A stretch of DNA of 64,000 bases from the human T2T-CHM13v2.0 reference genome, Homo sapiens: the NCBI RefSeq assembly GCF_009914755.1, contig NC_060939.1, one strand, 5' to 3'. How positions within the stretch are numbered: the stretch's first letter is position 1; the number at the start of each line of letters is the position of its first letter. Below, one piece after another: positions 27,293 through 44,385 of this stretch. The notes below the pieces were generated by a model that was given only the letters and a program-made list of their open reading frames with translations, was not told where the DNA came from and ran no database searches. A program made the translations under genes and the position numbers.

Positions 27293-29689
27293 TGTTTCTT
27301 AACCACAAATTATTTTGTAATCAGTAGTCAAGCATCTGTAATAGGTTTTTAGGCAGAAAGAAGGTTGGCAAAGACTGCTATTTGAACTAGTATAGTTTAC
27401 ATAAAAGCTTCTTTTTACAACTGCTGTTTACTTTGGATTTCCTGTTTTAACAGCTAGAGCCTGGCTAATGTGTTTATCTATTATGGAAGGCAACAACTGT
27501 CAGTGTTGATTTCCCTGAAACTATTTGAAGTATTTCTGTGGATGGCTACTTTAGTATGTGACAGAATACTAAAATTTCGAAGCTTGGCCATTAGTCCTAA
27601 ACGTGTTAATAAAATCTACCTTCAAATAAACCTAAAAAGACCAAGCAATTAGAGGATTAAATTTTAATTTAAAAATTTAAATTTATTTAATTTAAAATTT
27701 AAAAATTATATTTTTCATTAGCTGAACCACAGCTGGTTTACATTTAGTTACTGAAACCATATCATTGCATTAAAAGGTGACATCTAGAGGGTTTTAAAAT
27801 TAATCTCGCAAGGTACTAAAAGATTTTTGTTTGTGTCAGTATTTGTGTACTCATGAGCTTTATACAGCAGAGAAGCGTTCTGCATGTTTTGTATTGGCTT
27901 CAGAGTTGTTCAGCCTTATAATCTTTTGGGAAAATGTAATACAATCAACTCTCAGATTCCTTGTTTTAAGTAGGAGACTTATAGTCTCATGTGGGTATCT
28001 CCTAATAGTTTAACCCCCTCGATTTCTACCATCTTCTTTCTTTTTGTTTTAGTTTTCCTTTGTGCCAATGCTATAAAGTCTTTGAAATGGAAACTTCTAA
28101 GTTGAGGAAAGACTTGTATCTTGTTATTCTAAATTTACATAAAAGCAGGGGCTTTTTTGGTTAATAAATAAAATGTCACACAAAGAGCAAAGAAGCATCA
28201 TCTGTAAGAATAGAAGCATCATCTGTAAGTATAGAAACTGATGATCCTACAGTATATTAGCTTTAACCAATGCCATGTTTTAATAAGGAAGTAGATTTAA
28301 TAATTGAACCTGAGTGAGACCAACTCTTAACTTTCTGTGCCAATGAGGAGAATTAAGAATTGCGTTTTAGACAATGATTTATTTGTCTTGTCTCGATCAA
28401 ACTTTTTCATAATGAATCAGATCTCAGAGAGCTTTCTTTTCCTTTGTCTTTTTACCTCTGCCATGTCTCTGATGGACGTCCTATAAATCCCTAGGGCATT
28501 CAGAGAATAGAGAATCAGGGAATACAGGATATCTCACAAGCTGTGAAATCTTTGCATGGAAAACAAAGAACTGATGTTATTATTTGAGAGAGTGAACTAT
28601 CTCTGCAATGAGCTAATAACAAATACATTTGTAACTTTTATTTATTTTAAAATAGCCTTTGTTCACCGTTTTTCTTGTCTTCTACCTGTTCTCTGAGAGA
28701 CATAGGGAGCAAAATAACCATCACTTTCTTTCTTGCTTACCTAGAATAAGACCATCTCTTTTTAATTACTGGTTATTTCTTGAGCCAAATCCTAACCATT
28801 GCTTTCACTATTTTAGTGACTGGATTATTTTCTTAGGTTTCCTATCCATTTGGAGAACCTTTCAACAATTGATAACACTCTATAAATAATTCACAGAGTA
28901 ATTGTGTCCCTCTTTTCACTAACCTTCTTTGAAGTACGTTATGTGAGAAGTAGAATTTAAGTCAGTAGCATTTAGTTCATGTGGTTAATGAAGGAAGTGC
29001 CCTGTGTCCTTCATAGAACAGTGGCAATACTATCATTTCAGTGTCCCTGTGTTGCCATTATGAATAAAAGTCATTATACATGCAATTACGCTCCAGGTCT
29101 TTTCTCCAAGAGGCAAAAAAGGGGTATTTCCGTGCTCATTTTGATAACTATTTTGCTAATAAATTGACATTTATGACATAGGATATTGTCAGTTATGCTG
29201 AAATCTGAAATATTTATAGTAAGATTATAGGCCAGCCTCCCCCATTCTTTCTTTAATTATATCCTACCTCACAATCACTAGGAAAGCACATATGCTCCCT
29301 ATTATAAATTCTTTCTGCTCATAATTTAAAATAATTTGATTGGAATATGTTTAGAACTTAATATGCAGAATAGTACCATAGAAAATAGATGCCTACTTTA
29401 ATTGTATGAGATTGTACCAGCTTTATCAGAAAATGTATGATCAGCTCTAGGTTATTTATTTTGTGAACAAGAGTCAGCTGGGATGATTCATATTTTTTGG
29501 TTCTCCTAGAATTTGAAATTCTAAGCATAAATAATTTTAGTAAACATGGTAAAATCCAGATGCAGTTGATCTTATGCATGGCATAAATTTGTGTGGGAGT
29601 CCAGATGTTGGAATGTGAACACAGGTTGTTTCTCCCTTCTGTCTTGTGTGGACTTTTTAACATGTTATTTTCACATATTTATTTTCCTT

Positions 29690-30039
<350 letters not shown>

Positions 30040-30329
30040 TAACGATGTATCTTTTAATAAATTCGCATTAACAGTTTAGATGAAGGTGAGCACACCTCTA
30101 ACCTTTTATGTATTGTACTAGACTCATCTTTAACATTTCAAGGAGTAAATAATATAATCAGTTGGATTTATCCCTAAGTATTGCTTTTGAAATCAGTCAC
30201 ATGTTTTCTGAACACTTTGTGCAAAGTACTTCGCTTGGCAGTGGGGGAGATATAACATCAACTTTCATGGCCTCAGGGACCCCATTCTTTGGGGTCTGTT
30301 GTTAGCTTACTGTTTGTACCTTCTCGTCT

Positions 30330-31470
30330 CCTTTACTGTTTTCTTCGCATCTTTCTGACCTCTGAATTTAGAGAGCCTCAGTTCCAGTCCTTACACCTCT
30401 TCTCTGTTTAATTCACTTCCTAAGTGAGCGTGTGTAGTTCCATGGCTTTACATATCATCTGTATGCTGAGGAAGTCCAGATGTATGTCTGTAGCCCTGGC
30501 CTGTGTCCTGAACTTCAGACTCATATCTGATTACCAGTTGGATGTCCTCTAGGCATTTCAAAATTATCTAAAACTGAGCTCTTTATTTCTTTGGAAACCT
30601 GCTTCATTTACAGCTTCTCCCATCTCCGTAATTGGAAACTCTATTCTATAGGATGCTAAGGACAAAAACTTTGCAGTCTTTCTTCCTCCTTCTTTTTCTC
30701 TCAGATTATGTATACCTTTACCCACAAATCTTGTGGGTTCTTCCTCAAAAATATTTCAAGAAGCTGACCACCTTTCATCACTGTTTTCTTGCTACCCTAT
30801 TCAAAACCACTATTACTGCTTGCTAGGATTTTACTGCAAAAGCCTCCCAACTAGCCTCCCAGTTTCTATCCTTGCTTTCCTGTAATGTGTTCTCTTCACT
30901 CAGCAGCCAAAGTGATCTTTCTGAAATATTAGGTCTCCCCCTCTGCTCATGACCTCTTATATCACTTGGAATAAAAGTCAGAGTCCTCACCATGGCCTAA
31001 ATGGTGCTACACAGTCTGTTTTCCTTACCTCTCTGACCTCATCTCCCCCAGCTAGCCCTCTTGCTTATTCTACTTCTGCATACATGTCAAGCACACATTT
31101 CCACCTTGGGCTTTTGAACTTGCTGTTTCCTCTACCTGGAATCCCCTTCCCCTAGATGTCCGAATGGTGTGCCCCCATACTGCTCACATGTAACCTGAAA
31201 AGAGAGGCATTTCCTGACTTCCTCCCCAACCCTAATATCAAATAGCATGTCCCTAATGTTGATCAGTCTCTATATCCTTACCTTTATTTTTTTCAATGCA
31301 CTTACCCCCACCTCACATATTGTATATTTATTTGATTATTGTCAGTCAGCCCCTATTAGAAGGTAAACTTCACAAGGGCAGGGACTTGGTCTCATTTGTT
31401 CTCTGCTGTATCCACACTGCCTAGCTTATTGCCTGGCAATCAGAGACATGCATTAAGTATTAAATATAAA
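30330..31470 (+). mobile_element. L2 LINE 3' ~1.1 kb
   Basis: Decayed RT motif catctgtatgctgaggaa (HLYAEE, from YADD) at ~30456; L2 3' motifs gggcagggacttggtct and gcctggca. Confidence 0.85.
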
Positions 31471-31607
31471 AAGAGGATCTAGGAGGAGAATATATCATAT
31501 ACTGTGGAAGAGGTCAAGCATATAGTAATGAACAAAATGGACCCTGACCTTCCCCTTGAAACTTACAATAAAGTAGAACATAACATAGACCCTATATTAA
31601 GAATTTA

Positions 31608-32075
<468 letters not shown>

Positions 32076-32085
32076 TATACTAGTA

Positions 32086-32390
32086 GGCCATGTGCAGCGG
32101 CTCACGCCTGTAATCCCGCACTTTGGGAGGTTGAGGCGGGTAGATCACCTGAGGTCAGGAGTTCGAGACCAGCTTGACCAACATGGTCAAATGCCATCTC
32201 TACTAAAAATACAAAAATTAGCCAGGTGTGATGGTGGGCACCTGTAGACCCAGCTATTCGGGAGGCTGAGGCAGGAGAATCGCTTGAACCTGGGAGGCAG
32301 AGGTTTCATTGAGCCGAGACTGCACCACTGCACTCTAGCCTGGGTGACAGAGCGAGACTCTGTCTCAGAACAGAAACAAAAACAAAAAAC
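32086..32390 (+). mobile_element. AluSx-like
   Basis: Full dimer. Confidence 0.92.
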
Positions 32391-32394
32391 CACT

Positions 32395-33720
32395 ACTGAT
32401 AAAGTATATACCTGTGAATTTAAATAACTGTTGAAGAGAAATAGTAATTTATAACACGAACATATAAGGCAATAGAGTAGTTGATGCCAATAGATAAATG
32501 AAACCACAGGGTAGGAAATCTAGTAGGTAGGGAAGTAAGTAGAAATAAAAGAATGGAATCCAATTGAATTCAGGAAGGAATAACATGAAAGAAGAAATGG
32601 TGACCATTTAAGTAAATCTGACTGTATAAGACAACGATAGTAATAATTCAAAATGAAGTTAAAAAGACTGGAGAAAATAATATGTTAAGATGAGAAGGGC
32701 TTGATTGAAGTTAAAACATTCTAAGATTTTTATATTGTTTAGGAGAAGGATATAGATAACAATTAACTTTATGTTTTGTTAAGTCAGGTATGATTGTTAA
32801 AAATTATACGGGTAACTAAAACAGTGAATAGAATGTGTAACTTCAAAACAAATAGATGGAATAAAGGGAGAATAATTCAGTATAATAGAGGAAGAGAAGT
32901 CGATAGGTGTAAAGTAAATGAATTAGGTGGTAGAAATAAATCCAAATATATCAATAATTACAAAAAATATAAGTAGAGTAATATTAGCAGCTAATAGGTT
33001 AGGTTGCATTTTTTAAAATACAGTTATGTGCTATTTTAGACTGTATTGGGAGAAATTTCTAAAATACCAAGACACAGCAAAATTGAAAGGAAAAGGGTAG
33101 GGGAAGATACCTGGCAAAAACTAATCAAAAGAATGCTGCTACTGTGGTTATATTAACATAAGACAAAATAGACTTTAAGGCAAAAAGTATTACTAGAGAA
33201 ATGTTATGAAAATACAAATATTTACAACTGAACCACAAATACCATGTATTAATATGAAAACTCCTGAGATGCACCAAAGTAATTCTTAAAGGATAGGTTT
33301 ATATACACACCTTAGTAAAGAATAACTGGGTATGATATGCTTAGAATCTAACTCAAGAAAATCAAGAAGGTGGGACAGGGAATAAACCCAAAGAAAGTGG
33401 AAGGAAAGAAATACTAATGAACAAAAGTTTGAAAAAAAAAAAAAAAAGAACAAAAGTTAATTAAGTGAAAATTCAAGAAACAATTCAACAAAACCAAAAG
33501 CTGGTTCTTTGGAAAAACTTAATAAAATATAGCAGTGAGAAGCAGAAATAACAAAATTAGGAATAAAAAGGGAACATAATTCTATACATAACAGTGATTT
33601 TAAAAATAATAGGATCCAGTGAATAACTTTATGACAATAAATTTGAAAACACAAAATGGCCAGTTTCTTAGAAAAACTTAATGAAATTGTCTTAAAAATA
33701 AAAACCAAAATAGACCTAGA
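32395..33720 (+). mobile_element. Old L1M internal fragments (ORF2 endonuclease-region remnants)
   Basis: A-rich sequence; gacaaaatagactttaaggcaaaaagtattactagag and accaaaagctggttctttggaaaa are L1 ORF2-like. Confidence 0.75.
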
Positions 33721-33899
33721 GCAATCAAATGATTATTTGTAAAATGTGCCTGATGTAGTTTTAGGCACTGGAAATAATAGCAGTGAACAAAAAAAACGAA
33801 AGTGTGTGTTTTCATGGAGCTTCCTTTGTTGTGGAGGGAGACATAATAAATTAATAAATTTTATCAGGTGTTGCTAACTCTGTGAAGAATAAAGAAAGT

Positions 33900-34162
33900 G
33901 GCCGGGTGCGGTGGCTTACGCCTGTAATCCCAGCATTTTGGGAGGCCAAGGTGGGTGGATCACCTGAGATCAGGAGTTCGAGACCAGCCTGGACAACATG
34001 GTGAAACACCGCCTCTACTAAAAATACAAAAATTAGCCGGGCATGGTGGCACACACCTGTAATCCCTGCTACCCAGAGGTGGCAGTGAGCCGAGATCACG
34101 CCACTGCACTCCAGCCTGGGCAACAGAGTGAGGCTCCATCTCAAAAAAAAAAAAAAAAAAAG
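33900..34162 (+). mobile_element. AluS with right-arm deletion, inserted in a reverse L2 (approx. 33730-34450)
   Basis: Alu motifs with flanking L2-like sequence. Confidence 0.85.
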
Positions 34163-34813
34163 AAGATGAAGGGAGAATGTGCTGAAGGGAGAATGTGCTG
34201 TTTTATGTAGGAAAGTCAAAGAAACAATATAGGACCTGAAGGAAGCAATGGAGCAAGCCAGGTATATATTGGAGAAAGTGGCCCAGCCCTCAGGAGTAGG
34301 TGCAAAGGCCCCGAGGCAGGAGCACGTTTGATGGAACAGAGTTGAGTATTGTGCATAAGGGAGACTGGAAGAAGCAGAGATCAGTGAGGTAACTAACCAG
34401 GGCCCAGATGATGAAATCCTTATAAAGACTTTTGATTCAGCAGTTAGAAATCTACCCATGAAATGGAGATGAGTATAATAACTTCTACTCATAAGATTAT
34501 GAAGTTAATGAATTAAATGCATGTGGATTTTTTTTTTTGTAAAACACTATCCAGGTGATTATTTTTTTCATCCAGAAGTAGTAATTTGTCAAACATTTAT
34601 GAAGTGAGGAGCACCTACCATGGGCCAGGACATGTGCTAAGCATAAAGAATAGAAAGATGATTAAAACATGGCAGCGCTCACTGCCCAGTACTGGGGACA
34701 GACACATAAATACTTTTCTGTAGTGTGCCAAGGGCAATAATAGAGCATGTAACATTTGAAGAGTAGGAGAAGCATCAAAGTTTAACTTTATAGCGTTTAT
34801 AAGAAAGTGTATG

Positions 34814-35157
<344 letters not shown>

Positions 35158-35595
35158 TCATATTTTCCTGTTAACCCAAGGAGAATGAAAACTTGGCCTT
35201 CTCATGATTGTTTAGTGACGTTTCTGCTGAGATTAACACCTGAATGGCGTACTTACCACACCTATCTGTAGTGTGAATAAACTTATAGTAGTGGGCAAGA
35301 GATAAACATGGTAAGAAATCTAGAAGTTGGAACATGGTATATCCATACCAGATGGCTCTTTTAATTGTCTCCAAAGTTGGTTCAACATGAAGTAATACTA
35401 CGTGTTTAAGTTTTTCTTAACAATAAATGATATATTGCAAACTTTTGCCAGTTCTTTGTTGTTAAAGCTTTATTAGAGGGTCATTTGTAGAGCATATAGT
35501 CTAACTAGCACGTAGAGACACTACTGCTCTTTAAGTCTGTTTTGGCAGCTTTCATTCTGAAATCACTCAGCCAGTTTGAAAACTTACTATCTTCC

Positions 35596-35893
35596 TTTTT
35601 TTTTTTTTTTAGACGGAGTTTTGCTCTTGTTGTCCAGGAGGCTAGAGTGCAATGGTGTGATCTCGGCTCATCGTAACCTCCACCTCCTGGGTTCAAATGA
35701 TTCTCCTGTCTCAGCCTCCTGAGTAGCTGGGATTACAGGCACCCACCACCACGCTGGGCTAATTTTGTATTTTTAATAGAGACGGGGTTTCTCCATGTTG
35801 GTCAGACTGGTCTCGAACTCCCAACCTCAGGTGATACGCCCACCTGGGCCTCCCAAAGTGCTGGGATTACAGGTGTGAGCCACCGCCCCCGGC
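35596..35893 (-). mobile_element. AluSp-like
   Basis: Reverse Alu. Confidence 0.92.
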
Positions 35894-36055
35894 TACTTCC
35901 TACCTTCCTAACATTTAATTCATTAGTCTTATCTCATTGGATCCTCACAACTCTATAAGGGAGAGACTGCTTTCCCTATTCCAGACTAGAGATAACTGAG
36001 ACTTGGTGGGGCTTACTGACAGTCAGGTTCACATGTTTAAGACGTGGGAGAGCTA

Positions 36056-36395
<340 letters not shown>

Positions 36396-36525
36396 TCAGA
36401 GCCTGTCCCATTTGCTCTTCTGCCTCCCAGGATAGATTGGCACTGATTGCAGAATGCTTCCTTGCCTGGAGCAATTTGGATATAATGGTCTTTGGCCTGA
36501 TTGAAATAGGTCAGTACCTTTGTAA

Positions 36526-36939
<414 letters not shown>

Positions 36940-38224
36940 TAGGTCCTAAAATATGCATATTCTGTCGCGGCTCATCTTGGCTTTGCCACTGACTGTGTGA
37001 GCTTGGATAAGTTATTTAACCTGGCTTTTGGGTGCTTCTGCTGTGAAAGAAGGGGATTAGGTTAAATAATTTTCTCTGTTTTCTACTAGCTCAATAAATT
37101 ATCTGATTCTGTACCAAGATTACAAGTTAAGACCAACTTCTTTGTCTGGTCATCTATAACCTATTGTTACAAATGAAATAAGAAAGTATGGATAGAAAGT
37201 ATTCGCTTGCACTGGGCTCTTTGTTATTTTAAATATTTGAAAAACTTACACCAGGCGACTAACTTTTGCCATGGTAAAGTGTATGTGTGTGTGCTCAATT
37301 TTAAGGGCTGAGACTGTTCCCAGAAGGCCTGTGCTGGTCACAAACAAAATGGAACACTCAAGGACCAAGCACTAAAAATATCTCATAAAAATGCTTCCTC
37401 CATGCAGTCATTGAATCAGGTAATTACTGTGGCAACAACAAACTAATTTGAAGTGTTAGCTGTTAATTAAAACATTGCAGAGGTGTATAGTTGTTTTTTG
37501 GTGTAAGCAGAGCCTCCATTCAAACTTCATTAATCACTTTACAATTAATGTGTTGAGGAAGGTCAAGACAATTGAGATGTAGTATCTGTTGAAAGTAAAC
37601 AAATTCCTTTTCTCTAAGTAAATACCATTTGGAAAGTTAAGGGACACACTCGACTCATGCCTGGCATTGCCTTTGTCATCCAGTTCTCCTTGATGATTAA
37701 ATGTTAAATTGGTACTGTCATTGCACTGTAAACCAAACCACATAGCATCTTTATTCCTCGAAATCGAACCCAAACTTCCACGGATGAATTAGCGTGCATC
37801 ATAATTAAATTATCAAGCCTCTCCTTTTAATTCACTTGGAAATAGGACACCTTTCTTTTAGAAAAGAGATCAGCTTTCTTGACAAGCTAATTAAGTTGCC
37901 AAACTGTCCAGTATGGTATGTATATTAGACTATCTGCTAATCATTTTCTTATCGCTGCTGCTGGTCTCAAACGTCCAGGTGTTGCTTATTCGAAGTAACA
38001 ACACTGATCTTTTTACAACTTTTGAATCCTGTGTATATATTTAATTATTTGTCTTTATATTTCAGTTCTTGATTAGTGATTCGAATATATAATATTTTTA
38101 AAAGTTGGAATTGGAAGAATCTGTGATGTGGAGGGGGAAAAATAATATATCACAAAGTCTTACGTATTATGTTACTTGGATTTACGTGGAATAAACTTAC
38201 TAATTTCCTTTAAATCACATTTCA

Positions 38225-38560
<336 letters not shown>

Positions 38561-38605
38561 TTATAAAATGTGTATCACTTTGTACAAAGTATAAAAAATT
38601 ATTTT

Positions 38606-38902
38606 GCTGGCACAGTGGCTCATACCTGTAATCCCAGTGCTTTGGGAGGTCAAGGTGGGAGGATCGCTTGAGGCTTGGAGTTTGAGACCAACTTGGGCAA
38701 CATGGCAAGACTTCATCTCTTAAAAACTTAAAAAAAATTAGCCAGGCATGGTGGTATACTCCTGTAGTACCAGCGGTTTGGGAGGCTGAGGTGGGAGGAT
38801 CGCTTGAGCCCGGGAGTTCAAGGTCACAATGAACTAATAAGATCACAGCAGTGCACTCCAGCCTGGGAGACAGAATGAGACCTGTCTCTGAAGAAAATAA
38901 TA
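38606..38902 (+). mobile_element. AluJ
   Basis: J-type motifs. Confidence 0.9.
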
Positions 38903-38912
38903 ATTGATTAAG

Positions 38913-39232
38913 TTTTATTATTATTTTCTATATCTTTCAGACAGAGTCTCGCTCTGTCACCCGGGCTGTAGTGGAGTGGTGAGATCATAGCTCACTGCAG
39001 CCTGACCTGGACTCAAGCGACCCTCTTGCCTCAGCCTCCCTGTAGTCCCTACAGGGGGACTATAGAGGACTACAGGCACGCACCACGATGCCAGGTAATT
39101 ATTTTATTTTTTTTAAAAGACAGTGTCTCCCTATGTTGCCCAGGCTGGTCTTGATCTCCTGGGTTCAAGTGATCCTCCTGCGTTGGCTTCCCAAAGTGCT
39201 GAGATTACAGGAATGAGCCACTGTGCCCAACC
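38913..39232 (-). mobile_element. AluJ
   Basis: Reverse Alu; TSD tgattaa(a)gttttat. Confidence 0.9.
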
Positions 39233-39694
39233 TGATTAAAGTTTTATAAGTAGTATTTAGAAATAACCAATGAGGTTGTTATTTGAGAATATCTTTAGAC
39301 ACTTTCAAAGGTTAAATAATTCTTTGGTAAAGTAAACAGTTGTCACCCGGTTTTTGTAATCTTGCTTTTTCTTTAAATGAAATATACTTGAATTTCTGTA
39401 TAATTAATTGATATAATAAAAGTTAAGTTTACCTTCCATGACTGGCTTGACCTTTGTCCACTCAAGTTGGAAAAGCAAAATGAGTAAGTTCTTATAACAC
39501 TCATATATTTGGATAAGTATATACATATGCTTTATATATGTAGTTTCCTAGTCTTGCCTGAATTTGTAACATTTTACTTGTAAACGATATTACAAATACC
39601 TATATGCTCTTAATAACTAAATCATTTCTATAAGTCAGTCACCTTCAAAAAACTCTTGTCAGTGATTGTTCAACTCTGTAAATTTACTAAAAAG

Positions 39695-41460
<1,766 letters not shown>

Positions 41461-41940
41461 ATATTTGTCAGAGCAACCAAATTTTCTGCTAAACAGCAGA
41501 AAATGATGTTTCCATGTTGGCAGTAGTGGATTATGTAAATTTTGGTTTTATTTTTGTTTTAAGAAAGGGGAAGTTTAGGGGCTCATTAAATATGTTTTAC
41601 AACTGGGCAGGTGAAGATGAGGAATTCCTGAGGCACTGACTTCTGTTCCCCATTTTCCCTATGCCATTCCTATCCTAACACCAGATGAGAGGAAGAGCCG
41701 TCTGATCTTAGCTAGTGTATAAAATCCTCTATAGGGCAAGATTTTTAGTTCTTCGAAACTTACTTACTTCCTTATATTAATATTTTTATGGGCTTGCAAT
41801 AACAATGCTTGTTTATGTTATGTGGTTTATTTTGAAATTTTTATTGTATAAAAATGTGTTGCAGATTGCTTCTAAATAATGTTCAGAATATCTAGTCCCC
41901 ACAGTATATGTGTAAAGGCCACATTTCATTTAAACATAAA

Positions 41941-42242
41941 AGGTACGGTGGCTCACTCCTGTAATCCTAGCACTTTCGTAGACTGAGGTAGGAGCATCAC
42001 TTGAGGCCAGCAGTTCCAGGCCAGCCTGAGCAACATCCAGAGACCCTGTCTCTACAAAAAAAAGTAAAAAGTAGCATGGTGGCATGTGCCTATAGTCCTA
42101 GCTACTCAGGAGGCTGAAGTGAGAGGATCGCTTGAGCTGAGGAGTTTGAGGCTGCAGTGATCTGTGATTATGCCACTGTGTTCCAGCCTAGGTGTCAGAG
42201 AGAGCCCCTGTCTGAATCAGTCAGTCACTCAATCAGATAAAC
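41941..42242 (+). mobile_element. AluJ
   Basis: Diverged dimer. Confidence 0.88.
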
Positions 42243-42504
42243 ACAAAAGGTCTTGATGGATAGTAATGGTATTTCATTTCTGTAAACCCTATTCTCATTC
42301 TTTTTCATAAATGGATACATTTATATTTATTGATTTAAGTTGTAGTTATTTCACTATATCTGTTACTTTGAGCTTGTTTTGATGAACTGTTATGATATAG
42401 TTTATCTGCATGTGTAATTAAAAAAATAAGCAAAAAAAATGGGAAAAAAAAAGCAAAATGGCTCTGTACACTGCTTAACATAGAGCTATAGAGAACCCAC
42501 ATGC

Positions 42505-42745
42505 ACAGTGACAGTCATAAGGGATCTGGAGCCAAAAGACCTAGGTTTGAGGTCTCATTCTGCTGCTAGTTACTTTGTGCCATTGGGCAAACTGTTTAAC
42601 TTCTCTGTGCTTCAGAATTCTCATCTATAAAAGGAGGATAATAATGTATCAGTATTACCTCAGATAGTTATTTTAAGGTAATGTATAGTAAATCACTTTG
42701 TAAACCATTAAGCTCCATATAAATGTAAATTACTAATGTTGTTAG
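42505..42745 (+). mobile_element. MIR
   Basis: ggagcc..aagacctaggtttga...ttgggcaa..tttaacttctctgtgcttcag...ctcatctataaaa. Confidence 0.8.
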
Positions 42746-42868
42746 TGTTCTTTGAAAGTACCATGTATCCCACTGCTGCAGAAATGTTTGGATTTACATT
42801 TATGTCCTTAACCATTTTGTAGGTTGTTTAGTGATCCCAAATGATTTTGTTTTTTTTTCTTCCCATAG

Positions 42869-42908
42869 AGCATATCATGTCCCGAGTGGGAAAATATTAG
42901 CTGTAAAG
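42869..42908 (+). CDS. MAP2K5: MAP2K5 coding exon (likely exon 9; 40 nt), (K)AYHVPSGKILAVK, includes ATP-binding Lys
   Basis: Acceptor ttttttcttcccatag and donor AAG|GTAAGT. The first A completes AA|A (Lys) from the previous exon; LAVK is the subdomain II motif. Confidence 0.97.
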
Positions 42909-43099
42909 GTAAGTACTGGATACATTTTATGAAATTCTTGATGTTCACCTCTTTCCTTTCCTCTGTTAGCTTGAGTCACAGATATTGTCAAAGAGGAGAT
43001 GAAATGGCTTAAGGTTTAGATGGTAGGTAGGGGAAGCTGTGGCTCTCTGGTGACATTCAGACACCTGAAGATCTTTTAAGTATGCCTTAAAATAGTCAG

Positions 43100-43510
43100 T
43101 TGTAAGCTCCGTGTATTGTGATTCTTCTTGCCAAGAAGAGAAAATTTCTTTCTGTGTCCCCTGCTAAGTGGCATCACCATCTTCCTTGTCATGCAGCTCA
43201 AAACCTTACTGGTAATGTATTCCTTTTCCTTCTTTAAATATGCCACATCCTGTGAATTGCTGTATCCCGTTAGAATTTTTCCCTGAAATATATCCATTTG
43301 CTACTTTCTTTCTATTCCCATCCCCATTGCCATGGTCTTGGATCGGGCTCACATTACCTCCTACCTGGACTTTTGAAATAACTTCCTCACTGTACTTTCG
43401 GTCTTTTCTTTTCCTATGCACCTTTTACTCTGCCACAGATTTGAGAAGTCAAATCACAGATCTGACCGTGTCTTGCTGACTGCCTTCCTCAATCATGTAC
43501 AACGTAAAGC
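43100..43510 (+). mobile_element. L2 fragment
   Basis: ggcatcaccatcttcc...aaaacctt and aaatatatcc...acctggacttttgaaataacttcctcactg are L2-like. Confidence 0.65.
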
Positions 43511-44078
43511 CTAAGATGTCTGCTTTGCTTCTGACTCCCTCGGCATACTGAAATACCCAAGCACAACACCTGCCAATAGAGTCAGGCTACACACAACTCA
43601 GGGATGTTCCAGGCAGTTACCTAGGATGCTCCTCACTTGTTCCCATGCAATTCATAATTCATACTTCATCTCTGCCAAACTCCAGCATCCCAGTCCTGCC
43701 ATGCCACTTTGGATTTAATCTCTGCCACTGCTGGCGCTTGATCTTCCCATCATCTTAAATCTCAGATTTCCTTAATGGACTCTGTCTTGAATTGCGCTTC
43801 TGACTGAACCCTTTGCTAATTAAGTCCTAACCCCACAGAACCCCATTTCCAATTTTGGGCTCTTAGCTAACAAACTGGTCAGGCTTGCCTTGCCCCCAAC
43901 CTTCCCCACAAATTGTTCAGACCCTCTACATATTGGCCCCCACCTACCTTTATAAACATGCACTCTGCTTTACCAATCTGTTACTTCCCGTCATGCCCTT
44001 TATCTCCAGTCTCCTGGCCTTTAGTAATGAAAGTTCTTATTTTTTGAGTGACTACTATATGCCAAGTATTATGCTAGA

Positions 44079-44385
<307 letters not shown>

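Noticed and set aside
33851-34492. Longest ORF in the track (213 aa, - strand)
   Set aside because: It runs through an L2 fragment and an Alu ([17 protein letters not shown] are generic antisense-Alu translations) and has no domain signature.
42866-42870. Tandem acceptor TAGAG at exon 9
   Set aside because: The second AG is 2 nt downstream and would frameshift; only the first restores the MEK5 frame.
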